Assembly: GCA_035649495.1 (NCBI GenBank)
Contig: DASRJL010000147.1
Coordinates: forward strand, 8,479 to 72,478
Reading direction: 5' to 3'
Length of the DNA stretch: 64,000 nucleotides
Source of the DNA: Burkholderiales bacterium
Lineage (GTDB): Bacteria; Pseudomonadota; Gammaproteobacteria; Burkholderiales; SG8-41
Positions 28,692-36,919 of this stretch are shown here, one piece after another; position 1 is the stretch's first letter; every line of letters begins with the position of its first letter. Both the position numbers and the translations under genes were made by a program. Under the pieces are notes generated by a model. It searched no databases. It was not told where the DNA came from and saw only the letters and a list, made by a program, of their open reading frames with translations.

Positions 28692-28800
28692 AAGCAAGCA
28701 CCAAGCACCAAATCCCAAATCACAAACGCGTTTGGAATTTGATGCTTTCGCATTGGTGCTTGTTTGAGACTTGAGGCTTGTAATTTGGAATCTGCTATCT
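28692..28800. repeat. AT-rich CACCAAG/CCAAAT word inverted repeat
   Basis: GAAGCAAGCACCAAGCACCAAATCCCAAATCACAAACGCGTTTGGAATTTGATGC...CATTGGTGCTTG...TAATTTGGAATC. Confidence 0.8.
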
Positions 28801-29606
28801 ACAAAGTCCGCGCGCACAACTCGTCCACTGCGTCCGAGAACCGGATGCACAGCGACGATGTAGCCCGCCGCTACGGATTTCAGGGCGGACTGGTTCCGGG
28901 CGTGACCGTGTTCGGCTACATGACCCGGCCGGTGGTGGCACACTACGGCGTTGAATGGCTTGCGCGCGGCTGGGCGGAAGTGAGTTTCGCGAAGCCCGCG
29001 TACGAAGGGGAGGAGCTTGCGGTCAGCCTGTCGGCCGGCGGCGACGGGCGGGGTGCCGGGCACTCACTGACTTGCACGAACGGAGCGGGCGTCGAACTGG
29101 CACGCATGCAGGCGGGAATGCCTGCCGCGGGCGTTACGCCGGACCCCCGGGCTTCGATTGCCCCCGCGCCGCCACTGGCGGAGCGCCCCGAAGCGACGCC
29201 GGACCTGATGGTGGTCGGTGCGCCGTTCCCCGCGCTCGACTGGCGTCCGACGGCGAACGACAACCTGGTGTGGTGCGAGGACGTGTGCGACGACCTGCCG
29301 CTGTACCGCGAAGGCGATGCGCCGTATCTCCATCCGGGCTTCGTGCTGCGGCAGGCGAACTTCGTTCTCAGGAACCGCTTCCTCCTGCCGGCATGGATAC
29401 ATACGGCCAGCCGCATTACGCACCACGAAGCGCTGCGGGCCGGGAACGCCTATGAGGTGAGAGCGATCCCCGAAGAAAAATGGCAGCGCAAGGGGCACGA
29501 GTTCGTGCGCCTGTATGTTGCCATCCGGGCCGGCGCACAAGTCGCGGTCGAGATTCTCCACACGGCCATATACCGGCCGCGGCAGGCAGAGGGGTCGTCC
29601 GGATAG
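28764..29606 (+). CDS. MaoC-like (hot-dog fold) domain protein
   Basis: NRMHSDDVARRYGFQGGLVPGVTVFGY is the MaoC dehydratase N-terminal pattern. The start is uncertain: TTG 28764 or TTG 28785, both inside the repeat. Confidence 0.65.
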   Translation: MRLEACNLESAIYKVRAHNSSTASENRMHSDDVARRYGFQGGLVPGVTVFGYMTRPVVAHYGVEWLARGWAEVSFAKPAYEGEELAVSLSAGGDGRGAGHSLTCTNGAGVELARMQAGMPAAGVTPDPRASIAPAPPLAERPEATPDLMVVGAPFPALDWRPTANDNLVWCEDVCDDLPLYREGDAPYLHPGFVLRQANFVLRNRFLLPAWIHTASRITHHEALRAGNAYEVRAIPEEKWQRKGHEFVRLYVAIRAGAQVAVEILHTAIYRPRQAEGSSG

Positions 29607-29625
29607 GACTACAATCGTGAGAGCC

Positions 29626-29877
29626 ATGGCCAAGCGCGTCAGAAAAAAACCGGTGCGGCCGATCGGCACCCGTCGGGACTACGAAGGCGCGTCCGCCGTC
29701 GCGAAGCGCCTGTCCCGCGAGAACCCCAGGGATTCCGAGGCCGAGTTGCGCCTGCAGTCGCTGCTCCGCGAGCTGGACAAGTATGACGAGACGACGGAGG
29801 AAGACGAGAACGAGGACGGCCGGACCGACTACGACTCGGCCGGACCCCGCCGCCGGTGGTCGGACGACGAGCAGTAG
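29626..29877 (+). CDS. small hypothetical protein (basic N-terminus, acidic C-terminus)
   Basis: 83 aa from ATG 29626. PIGTRRDYEGASAVAKRL...SEAELRLQSLLRELDKYDE resembles the N-terminal segment of HigA/COG5499-type antitoxins, but no HTH follows. Confidence 0.4.
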   Translation: MAKRVRKKPVRPIGTRRDYEGASAVAKRLSRENPRDSEAELRLQSLLRELDKYDETTEEDENEDGRTDYDSAGPRRRWSDDEQ

Positions 29878-30055
29878 CGGGACGAGCAGGGGTCTGTCCC
29901 GGTTCGGCGACTCGAGCGTGATGCTGGCATGATTCTGGGCGCGGATGATGTGGCCCACCTCGAGGCGGTTTCGGAGACGCTGCCCTCGCGACCGATGATG
30001 ATTTCGGTTATCTTTGTCATCCTCCAAATACTTAGAAATCATAGGAGTGTTGAGT

Positions 30056-32506
30056 ATGGTTAACATCGAATCGACCCCCCAGATGGCGGCCAAGGTCTAC
30101 GAGACCATGGCGAAGAACCTCAAGGTGGTGCGTCGCCGCCTCGGTAAGCCTTTGACTTTGGCGGATAAAGTCTTATTGGGGCATCTCGACGACCCGGAAA
30201 CCCAGGATCTGGAACCGGGCAAGAGCTACCTCTTCCTCCGGCCCGACCGGGTGGTATTCCAGGACGTGCTGGGGCAGACCGGCCTCTTGCAGTTCATGCA
30301 GACGCGGCGCGACCACGTCGCGGTCCCGACCACCGTACACTGCGACCACCTGATACAGGCGCGCGTCGAAGGCAGCCAGGACTTGCGCGAGTCGCTCGCG
30401 GAGAACACCGAGATCTACGATTTTCTGCGCTCGGCTGCCGCGAAGTATGGCGCGGGCTTCTGGGGACCCGGCGCCGGGATCATCCACCAGGTCGTCCTGG
30501 AGAACTACGCTTTCCCCGGCACGCTCATCATCGGCACGGACTCGCACACTCCCAACGCCGGCGGGCTCGGCGCGTGCTCGGTCGGAGTCGGCGGCGCGGA
30601 CGCCGTGGAGACCATCGCCGGCCTGCCCTGGGAACTCCTGTACCCCAAGCATATCGCCGTCTACCTGACCGGGAAGCTCTCCGGCTGGACGGCCCCCAAG
30701 GACGTGATCCTGTACGTCGCGGGCCAGTTGACCGTATCCGGCGCCACGAATGCGATCGTCGAGTACATCGGTCCCGGCGCGCGCACGATCAGCGCTACGG
30801 GCAAGGCCACCATCACCAACATGGGAGCGGAAATCGGCGCGACCACGTCGATGTTCCCGGCCGACGAGCACATGTCCAAGTACCTGCGCGCGACCGGACG
30901 CGCCGGGCTCGTGGGGCCCATGGAAAAAAACCTGGACCTGCTCCAGCCGGACCCCGAAGTCGAAGCCGATCCGGAGAAATACTACGACCGCGTGGTCAGG
31001 CTCGATCTCTCGACGCTCGAGCCGCACCTCGTGGGGCCGCATTCGCCCGATCGTGCGCGCCCGATATCGAAGCTCGCTGCCGAGGTAAAGGACCCGGCCA
31101 ACAAGTTCATCGATGAAATCTCGAGCACGCTGATCGGCAGCTGCACCAACTCCTCGTACGAGGACATGTCGCGTTCCGCGGACGTCGCGGAGCAGGCGAA
31201 GGCGCGTGGGGTCAAGACGGCGGTGCCGTTCCTCGTCACGCCCGGGTCGGAGCAGGTGCGCGCCACGATAGAGCGCGACGGCCAGATGCAGTCGCTGAAG
31301 GACATCAACGGCACCGTGCTCGCGAACGCCTGCGGTCCGTGCATCGGGCAATGGCGCAGGGCGAAGGAAGTGGCCGAGAAGCCGAATACCATCGTCACCT
31401 CGTACAACCGCAATTTTCCGGCGCGGAACGACGGCCAGGCGACCACGATGAACTTTATCGGGAGCCCCGAGATCGTGACGGCGCTGGCGCTGGCCGGGAG
31501 GCTTTCGTTCAACCCCATGACGGATACGCTGACCGGCGCCGACGGCCAGCCGTTCAAGTTGAACCCGCCGAAAGTCGCGCCCGAAGTGCCCGCGAAGAAT
31601 TTCGACCGCGGCAACGCTAACTACATTGCGCCGCCCAGGGACGGAAGCAAGATCAAGCTCTCCGTCGATCCCAACAGCAAGCGCCTGCAGCTCATGCAGC
31701 CGTGGTCTCCGTGGGACGGGAAGGACTATCTCGACATGCCCGTGCTGTTGAAGACCAAGGGCAAGACCACGACCGACCACATCTCGCCGGCCGGCCCGTG
31801 GCTGAGTCTCCGCGGCCACCTCGACCGGTTCAGCGACAACCTGTGCATGGGCGCCATCAACGCCTACACGGGCGAGGCGGGCAAGGTGAAGAACGTGGTG
31901 ACGGGGACTACCGGCGAAATGGTGTCCAAGGTCGCGCGGGACTACAAGTCCCGCGGCATCAAGTGGGTGATCGTCGGCGACGCCAACTACGGTGAAGGCA
32001 GCAGCCGGGAGCATGCGGCACTCTGCCCGCGCCTGCTGGGCGGTGTCGCCGTCATCGTTCGCAGCTTTGCGCGCATTCACGAGTCAAACCTCAAGAAGCA
32101 GGGACTGCTCGCGCTGACGTTCCAGAGCCCGGCCGATTACGACCGCCTGCGTGAGGAGGACCGCCTGAGCCTGGTCGATCTCAAGAATCTGGCGCCGGGC
32201 AAGCCGGTCGAGTGCATCGTCAAGCACGCCGACGGCACCATGGAGACGCTGAAGCTGAACCACACGTTCAGCGGGCCGCAGCTCGACTGGTTCCGCAAGG
32301 GCTCCGCCTTGAACCTGTTCCATGGCGGCGCCGGAGAAGCCGTGGCGAAGAAGAAGGCTGCGGCGGCAAAGGCGAAGGCTGCTCCGAAGGCGAAACCTGC
32401 CCCGAAGAAAAAGGTCGCGGCGATGAAGAAGCCCGCCAAATCGGCCAAGGCGAGCAGGAAGGTCGCGAAGAAGAAGGGGGCGAAAAAGAAGGCCGCCAAG
32501 AAGTAG
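30056..32506 (+). CDS. aconitate hydratase (mitochondrial-type, ~760-aa core) with a C-terminal Lys/Ala-rich histone-H1-like tail
   Basis: ATG 30056 follows AGGAG. IIHQVVLENYAFPGTLIIGTDSHTPNAGGLG, LIGSCTNSSYEDM and NACGPCIGQW are aconitase Fe-S ligand regions. The last 53 codons are AKKKAAAAKAKAAPKAKPAPKKK... Confidence 0.9.
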   Translation: MVNIESTPQMAAKVYETMAKNLKVVRRRLGKPLTLADKVLLGHLDDPETQDLEPGKSYLFLRPDRVVFQDVLGQTGLLQFMQTRRDHVAVPTTVHCDHLIQARVEGSQDLRESLAENTEIYDFLRSAAAKYGAGFWGPGAGIIHQVVLENYAFPGTLIIGTDSHTPNAGGLGACSVGVGGADAVETIAGLPWELLYPKHIAVYLTGKLSGWTAPKDVILYVAGQLTVSGATNAIVEYIGPGARTISATGKATITNMGAEIGATTSMFPADEHMSKYLRATGRAGLVGPMEKNLDLLQPDPEVEADPEKYYDRVVRLDLSTLEPHLVGPHSPDRARPISKLAAEVKDPANKFIDEISSTLIGSCTNSSYEDMSRSADVAEQAKARGVKTAVPFLVTPGSEQVRATIERDGQMQSLKDINGTVLANACGPCIGQWRRAKEVAEKPNTIVTSYNRNFPARNDGQATTMNFIGSPEIVTALALAGRLSFNPMTDTLTGADGQPFKLNPPKVAPEVPAKNFDRGNANYIAPPRDGSKIKLSVDPNSKRLQLMQPWSPWDGKDYLDMPVLLKTKGKTTTDHISPAGPWLSLRGHLDRFSDNLCMGAINAYTGEAGKVKNVVTGTTGEMVSKVARDYKSRGIKWVIVGDANYGEGSSREHAALCPRLLGGVAVIVRSFARIHESNLKKQGLLALTFQSPADYDRLREEDRLSLVDLKNLAPGKPVECIVKHADGTMETLKLNHTFSGPQLDWFRKGSALNLFHGGAGEAVAKKKAAAAKAKAAPKAKPAPKKKVAAMKKPAKSAKASRKVAKKKGAKKKAAKK

Positions 32507-32510
32507 GTGC

Positions 32511-32540
32511 GTGACCCGTGACCGGTGACCAGTGACCGGT
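32511..32540 (+). repeat. GTGAC-N2 tandem heptamer array (30-mer identical to 34647-34676)
   Basis: GTGACCC GTGACCG GTGACCA GTGACCG GT, 4 nt after the aconitase stop codon. Confidence 0.95.
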
Positions 32541-32573
32541 AAAAAAGGCCCGCAATCGCGGGCCTTTTCGTTT
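32541..32573. terminator. bidirectional intrinsic terminator
   Basis: A6-GGCCCGC-AATC-GCGGGCC-TTTT between convergent genes (aconitase on +, SDR on -). Confidence 0.8.
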
Positions 32574-32598
32574 CAGGACGAATTAACGGAGATAACCC

Positions 32599-33390
32599 CT
32601 ACAGCACTGAACGCACCAATCCCCCGTCCACGAGCATGGTCGTCCCGGTGATGTAGCTCGCTCGTCCCGAGGCGAGGAAAGCCACCAGGTACGCCAGCTC
32701 CTTGGGCTCGCCGACGCGTCCCACCGCAGTCTCGGCCGCCCGCTCCGCGAGCGCCTCTTCCACCGAGATGCCTTTTTCCTTGGCCCGCGACGTGACGTTC
32801 GAGAGCATGCGCTCCGAAAGGATCGAGCCGGGACACACGTTGTTGACCAGAATGCCGTCGCGTCCCACCTCGTCGGCGAGGCTTTTCGCCCATGCCACCA
32901 CCCCCATGCGCGTCGCGCCCGAGAGCGCGAGGTTGGGGATCGGCTGGTAGACGGTGCTCGCGAGGATGTTGATGATGCGCGCGCCGCCCGCCTTCTTGAG
33001 ATGCGGCAGCGCTTCCCGCGCCATGCGCGCGAAGAAGAGCAGCGAGCGCTGCACGGCGGTGGCCCACTGCTCCTCGCTCGCGTTCTGCGCATAGGCAAGG
33101 GGAGGGCCGCCGGAATTGCTGACGAGGACGTCGAGCCGCCCGAATTTGCCGGCCGCGGCCGCGATGAATTCCCGGACCGTTTCGTTCCGGTCGAGGTCGC
33201 CGGCAAATGCCAGCACCTCGACGCCCGTCGCGTCGCGGATCTCCTTCGCTGCCTTCTCGATGTCCGGCTTCGAGCGGCTGCACATCGCCACGTTCGCGCC
33301 TTCGCCGGCCAGCACTTCCGCGCACGCGCGCCCCAGCCCCTTGCTCGCGCCGCCGACGATGGCGGTCTTGCCTTTCAGCATCAAGTCCAT
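32599..33390 (-). CDS. SDR-family oxidoreductase (3-oxoacyl-ACP reductase-like)
   Basis: ATG 33390 follows AAGGA. KTAIVGGASKGLGRACAEVLAGEGANVAM (TGxxxGxG). Confidence 0.85.
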   Translation of the reverse strand: MDLMLKGKTAIVGGASKGLGRACAEVLAGEGANVAMCSRSKPDIEKAAKEIRDATGVEVLAFAGDLDRNETVREFIAAAAGKFGRLDVLVSNSGGPPLAYAQNASEEQWATAVQRSLLFFARMAREALPHLKKAGGARIINILASTVYQPIPNLALSGATRMGVVAWAKSLADEVGRDGILVNNVCPGSILSERMLSNVTSRAKEKGISVEEALAERAAETAVGRVGEPKELAYLVAFLASGRASYITGTTMLVDGGLVRSVL

Positions 33391-33407
33391 GCTTTTCCTT
33401 TCAACAA

Positions 33408-33550
33408 GTGATGTACGCTGGCGCGGTGATGTACGGCTTCGCCAGTGATGTACGCTATCGCAGTGATGTACGGCTTCGCCAGGTGATGTGCCGCCAGCGA
33501 TTCTCATCACCACTTTTCATCACCACTATCTCATCACCATCATTCATCAC
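33408..33550. repeat. GTGATGTACG x5 (18-20 nt period) followed by CATCAC x4 (13-14 nt period)
   Basis: GTGATG at 33408, 33426, 33445, 33463 and 33483. CATCAC at 33505, 33518, 33532 and 33545. The array fills the divergent intergenic region between 33390 (-) and 33571 (+). Confidence 0.9.
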
Positions 33551-33570
33551 GTCTAGGGTAGCATCTACCG

Positions 33571-34650
33571 ATGTTCGACGAACACAAACCCCTCGAAATC
33601 GCGGACCAGGGATGCTTTTTTGCCGGTGGGCGCTACGCGGAGACCGACGACGGCCGCGTCATCCTGGGGCAGATGTACGTGCAGTATCAGGTGCCCCGGA
33701 CGCGCCGGCACCCGCATCCGGTGGTCATGATTCACGGCGGCGGCCAGACCGGCGTCAATTTCCTCTCCACCCCGGACGGGCGCCGCGGCTGGGCGGACTA
33801 CTTCGTGGCAAACGGGTTCACGGTCTACGTCGTCGATCAGCCGGCGCGCGGGCGCTCGGGATTTTTCACCAGGGGCTATGGCGATGCCGCTCGCCGGAAT
33901 GCGGACGCTATTGCGGAACGGTTCACGGCTCCCGAAATCGGCAAGCGCTGGCCGCAGGCCGGGCTGCACACGCAATGGCCGGGAACCGGAGTCGCGGGCG
34001 ATCCCGCGTTCGATCAGTTCTACGCGTCCCAGGTGGAGAGTATGTCCGACATCGCCGCCCTCGAGCGCATGATGCGCGAAGCGGGCGCTGCGCTCCTCGA
34101 CCGCATCGGCCCCGCGATCCTGCTGACGCATTCGCAGAGCGGCCCCTTCGGCTGGACGATCGCCGACGCACGGCCGCAGGCGGTACGGGCGATACTCGCG
34201 ATCGAGCCCAACGGCGCACCCGTGCGCGAGGTCGAGTTCACGGGCCCGCCCGGCTGGTTCGAGGACGGCCTGGTCACCCGACCGTGGGGCATCACCCGCG
34301 GCCCGCTCGCTTTCACTCCAGCGGCCGCGGCGCCGTCCGATCTCAAGTTCGAGAGACAGGCCGAGCCGGACGGTCCGGGCCTCGTCTGCTGCTGGCTGCA
34401 GGCGGGCCCGGCGCGGCAACTCGCGAATCTCCGCGGAATCCCCGTGTTGATCCTGACTTCCGAGGCCTCCTATCACGCGGCGTACGACCACTGCACCTCG
34501 CGGTTCCTGCGGCAGGCGGGGGTCGAGCACGACTTCGTCCGTCTTGCCGACGTCGGGATCCGCGGCAACGGCCACATGATGATGCTCGAGAAGAACAATC
34601 TCGAGATCGCGGCGTTTCTTCAGAAGTGGATCGAGGCGAAACTCCCGTGA
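33571..34650 (+). CDS. alpha/beta-fold hydrolase
   Basis: PVVMIHGGGQTG and LLTHSQSGPFG (nucleophile elbow variant). 359 aa. Confidence 0.75.
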   Translation: MFDEHKPLEIADQGCFFAGGRYAETDDGRVILGQMYVQYQVPRTRRHPHPVVMIHGGGQTGVNFLSTPDGRRGWADYFVANGFTVYVVDQPARGRSGFFTRGYGDAARRNADAIAERFTAPEIGKRWPQAGLHTQWPGTGVAGDPAFDQFYASQVESMSDIAALERMMREAGAALLDRIGPAILLTHSQSGPFGWTIADARPQAVRAILAIEPNGAPVREVEFTGPPGWFEDGLVTRPWGITRGPLAFTPAAAAPSDLKFERQAEPDGPGLVCCWLQAGPARQLANLRGIPVLILTSEASYHAAYDHCTSRFLRQAGVEHDFVRLADVGIRGNGHMMMLEKNNLEIAAFLQKWIEAKLP

Positions 34651-34676
34651 CCCGTGACCGGTGACCAGTGACCGGT
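34647..34676 (+). repeat. GTGAC-N2 tandem heptamer array (30-mer identical to 32511-32540)
   Basis: GTGACCCGTGACCGGTGACCAGTGACCGGT. Its first TGA (34648-34650) is the stop codon of the hydrolase gene. Confidence 0.95.
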
Positions 34677-34680
34677 CGCT

Positions 34681-35019
34681 CTACTCACCATCCGGCAGCG
34701 CCCCGGCCTTCGTCTTGAAGCTCACGAAGCGGGTTCCGTCCTCCAGCGCGATCTGCTCGTGCTCCTGGTCGCTCAAGATCAACGCCACTTCGCCCGGGCC
34801 GATGTCGCGGGTCTCGTCGCCTACCCGCATCCTCAGCCGTCCGGAGATGACGAGCATCATCTGCTCGCTCTTGTGGTGGTGCGGTTTCGCCCCGGTGCCC
34901 TTCGGTTCCGTGTAGTAGCCGATCTCGAGCTCGTCGCCGGCGATGGTCGGACCGTGGGCGGTGGAATGGCCCGGGGCGACTATGGCGCCCGGTATTTCGT
35001 CCAGCTTGAAAAATGGCAT
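34681..35019 (-). CDS. cupin-domain protein
   Basis: GGGAGGA RBS. 112 aa. GAKPHHHKSEQMMLVISGRLRMRVGDE...GPGEVALI is the cupin motif pair. Confidence 0.8.
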   Translation of the reverse strand: MPFFKLDEIPGAIVAPGHSTAHGPTIAGDELEIGYYTEPKGTGAKPHHHKSEQMMLVISGRLRMRVGDETRDIGPGEVALILSDQEHEQIALEDGTRFVSFKTKAGALPDGE

Positions 35020-35049
35020 GGTTCCTCCCTCAGCTCGAAACTTGAAACT

Positions 35050-35838
35050 TCAAACTGCAATTCCGCCAAGGAATTGCAGCATAGCGCGATTGACCGGCCC
35101 GGGCGCCTCGAACTGCACCCAGTGGCCCGCGTGAGGTATGAGGTCCACGCGCACGTCGGACCTGGCCGCGCGCGCGGTGTCGGCACGCGCCCGGACGTCG
35201 GGGTATACCAGCACGTCCCGCTCGCCCCATATCATCTGCACCGGGCACAGAATGCGGGCGAGCGTTGGCGGCATGATGTTGCTGAGGCTGAAGTGCCGCC
35301 CATCGAAGCGCGTGCGGCGGACGTTGGCGAGATGGAGATCGACGGCCTCCTCGGTGATATTGCCAGGATCGGCGATCATGAGGACTGCCAGATTGTGGCG
35401 CAGCACTTTGCGCAAGGAGCCCGGTCCGGACGCTTCGGGAGGGAACTGCCGCAAGTCCAGTGCGACGGGCGATCTGCCGAATCCGCCGGCGCCCAGCAGC
35501 GAGAGTCCGCTGACCCGCGTCCCCAGGCTGGCTGCACACAGGGCAGCGATCACCGCACCGAACGAAAACCCCGCGAGCTTCACCGGTTGCTTGCGGGCGA
35601 TCTCGGCCACGGCCGCCGCAACCAGCGCCACATAGTCGTCGTTGGGGGTGTCTTTCGCCACTACCGGCGAATCGCCGTAGCCGGGCATGTCGAGCAGGTG
35701 CAGCGTGAACCGGCCCGCCAGCGCATCGATGTTGCGCGTCCAGTGGTTCCAGGAACCCATGCCGCCGTGGACCAGGACGAGGGGCTCGCCGGCGCCGGTG
35801 ATGCGCGCAGCGAGGCCCGAGATGGTTGTCTTCTTCAT
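35050..35838 (-). CDS. alpha/beta hydrolase (meta-cleavage-product-hydrolase-like)
   Basis: PLVLVHGGMGSWNHW and KLAGFSFGA (GxSxG). 262 aa. Confidence 0.8.
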   Translation of the reverse strand: MKKTTISGLAARITGAGEPLVLVHGGMGSWNHWTRNIDALAGRFTLHLLDMPGYGDSPVVAKDTPNDDYVALVAAAVAEIARKQPVKLAGFSFGAVIAALCAASLGTRVSGLSLLGAGGFGRSPVALDLRQFPPEASGPGSLRKVLRHNLAVLMIADPGNITEEAVDLHLANVRRTRFDGRHFSLSNIMPPTLARILCPVQMIWGERDVLVYPDVRARADTARAARSDVRVDLIPHAGHWVQFEAPGPVNRAMLQFLGGIAV

Positions 35839-35914
35839 CTGCCCTGAGAAAATGGTGGATTATCCGGGTGCCGGGCCGATTCGTCACGCGGGTTCGTATG
35901 GTAGTGTTGCGAAT

Positions 35915-36910
35915 ATGAGCTTGAAGCTGCGCAGATTGGGAGTCGTCGGAGGTTTCCTGTGCTGTGCCGGTGCGCTGGCGGCGCCGTTGCTCGCGGCTGC
36001 CGCCGATCCGGCGTACCCCGTGCGGCCGGTGCGCATCATCGCGCCGTTTCCGCCGGGCTCGGGGGTGGACATCATCGCGCGCGTAATAGGGCAGGCGTTG
36101 ACGGATGCCTGGAAGCAGACGTTCGTCGTGGAGAACCGGCCGGGCGCAGGCGGCACGATAGGCTCGGATCTCGCCGCCAAGGCGCCACCCGACGGCTACA
36201 CGCTCCTGCTCGGCAACGTGAGCACGCTCGCGATCGGACCCCATCTCTATCGCAACCTGCCATACGACCCGCTGCGCGATTTCGCGCCGATCACGCACAT
36301 CACGTCGATGGGGAGTGTGCTGCTCGTCCATCCGTCCGTGCCGGCGCGCTCGATGAAGGAGCTCGTCGCCCTCGCCCGCGCGAAGCCGCGCTCGCTCACC
36401 TATGCCTCCGCGGGCAGCGGGACCACTACGCACCTCGGCATGGAGCTCCTCAAGTCCATGGCGAAGATCGACATGGTGCACGTTCCGTACAAGGGCAGCG
36501 CTGCGGCGCTGACCGACCTCATTGCAGGCCATCTCCAGGTAATGATGTCGACCATCGCCACGTCGCAGGGGCACGTCAAGGCGGGCAAGCTGCGGGCACT
36601 GGGCGTAACGACCCTCAAGCGAATGGATCTACTTCCCGACGTGCCCTCCATCAACGAAGCGCTGTTCCCGGGATTCGAAGTGATCGTGTGGCAGTCCATG
36701 GTGGCGCCGGCGCGCACGCCGGAGGCGATCGTCATGCGGCTCAACGCGGAGATCGTGCGAATTCTGCGCACGCCCGCGATGAAGGAGCACCTGACGAACC
36801 AGGGACTGGAGGCGGTGGGCAACTCGCCGAAGGAGTTTGGCGAGTTCATCAAATCGGAAAACGCGAAATGGGCGAAAGTGGTAAGAATATCCGGAGCAAC
36901 GGTTGACTAG
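35915..36910 (+). CDS. Bug/TctC-family periplasmic solute-binding protein
   Basis: Internal ATG 35915 of ORF 35687..36910. Signal peptide, then YPVRPVRIIAPFPPGSGVD, VVENRPGAGG and PDGYTLLL. Confidence 0.9.
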   Translation: MSLKLRRLGVVGGFLCCAGALAAPLLAAAADPAYPVRPVRIIAPFPPGSGVDIIARVIGQALTDAWKQTFVVENRPGAGGTIGSDLAAKAPPDGYTLLLGNVSTLAIGPHLYRNLPYDPLRDFAPITHITSMGSVLLVHPSVPARSMKELVALARAKPRSLTYASAGSGTTTHLGMELLKSMAKIDMVHVPYKGSAAALTDLIAGHLQVMMSTIATSQGHVKAGKLRALGVTTLKRMDLLPDVPSINEALFPGFEVIVWQSMVAPARTPEAIVMRLNAEIVRILRTPAMKEHLTNQGLEAVGNSPKEFGEFIKSENAKWAKVVRISGATVD

Positions 36911-36919
36911 CTAGAAGCC

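Noticed and set aside
29829-30020. 63-aa minus-strand ORF upstream of the aconitase gene, with GGAGG next to its ATG.
   Set aside because: GGAGG abuts the ATG with no spacer. The product is Ser/Arg-rich and low-complexity. The region is more plausibly the aconitase promoter and leader.
33408-33500. Regularly spaced GTGATGTACG repeats as a possible CRISPR array.
   Set aside because: The period is only 18-20 nt, with 8-10 nt 'spacers' that are themselves two alternating sequences. There are no cas genes. The array lies in a promoter region.
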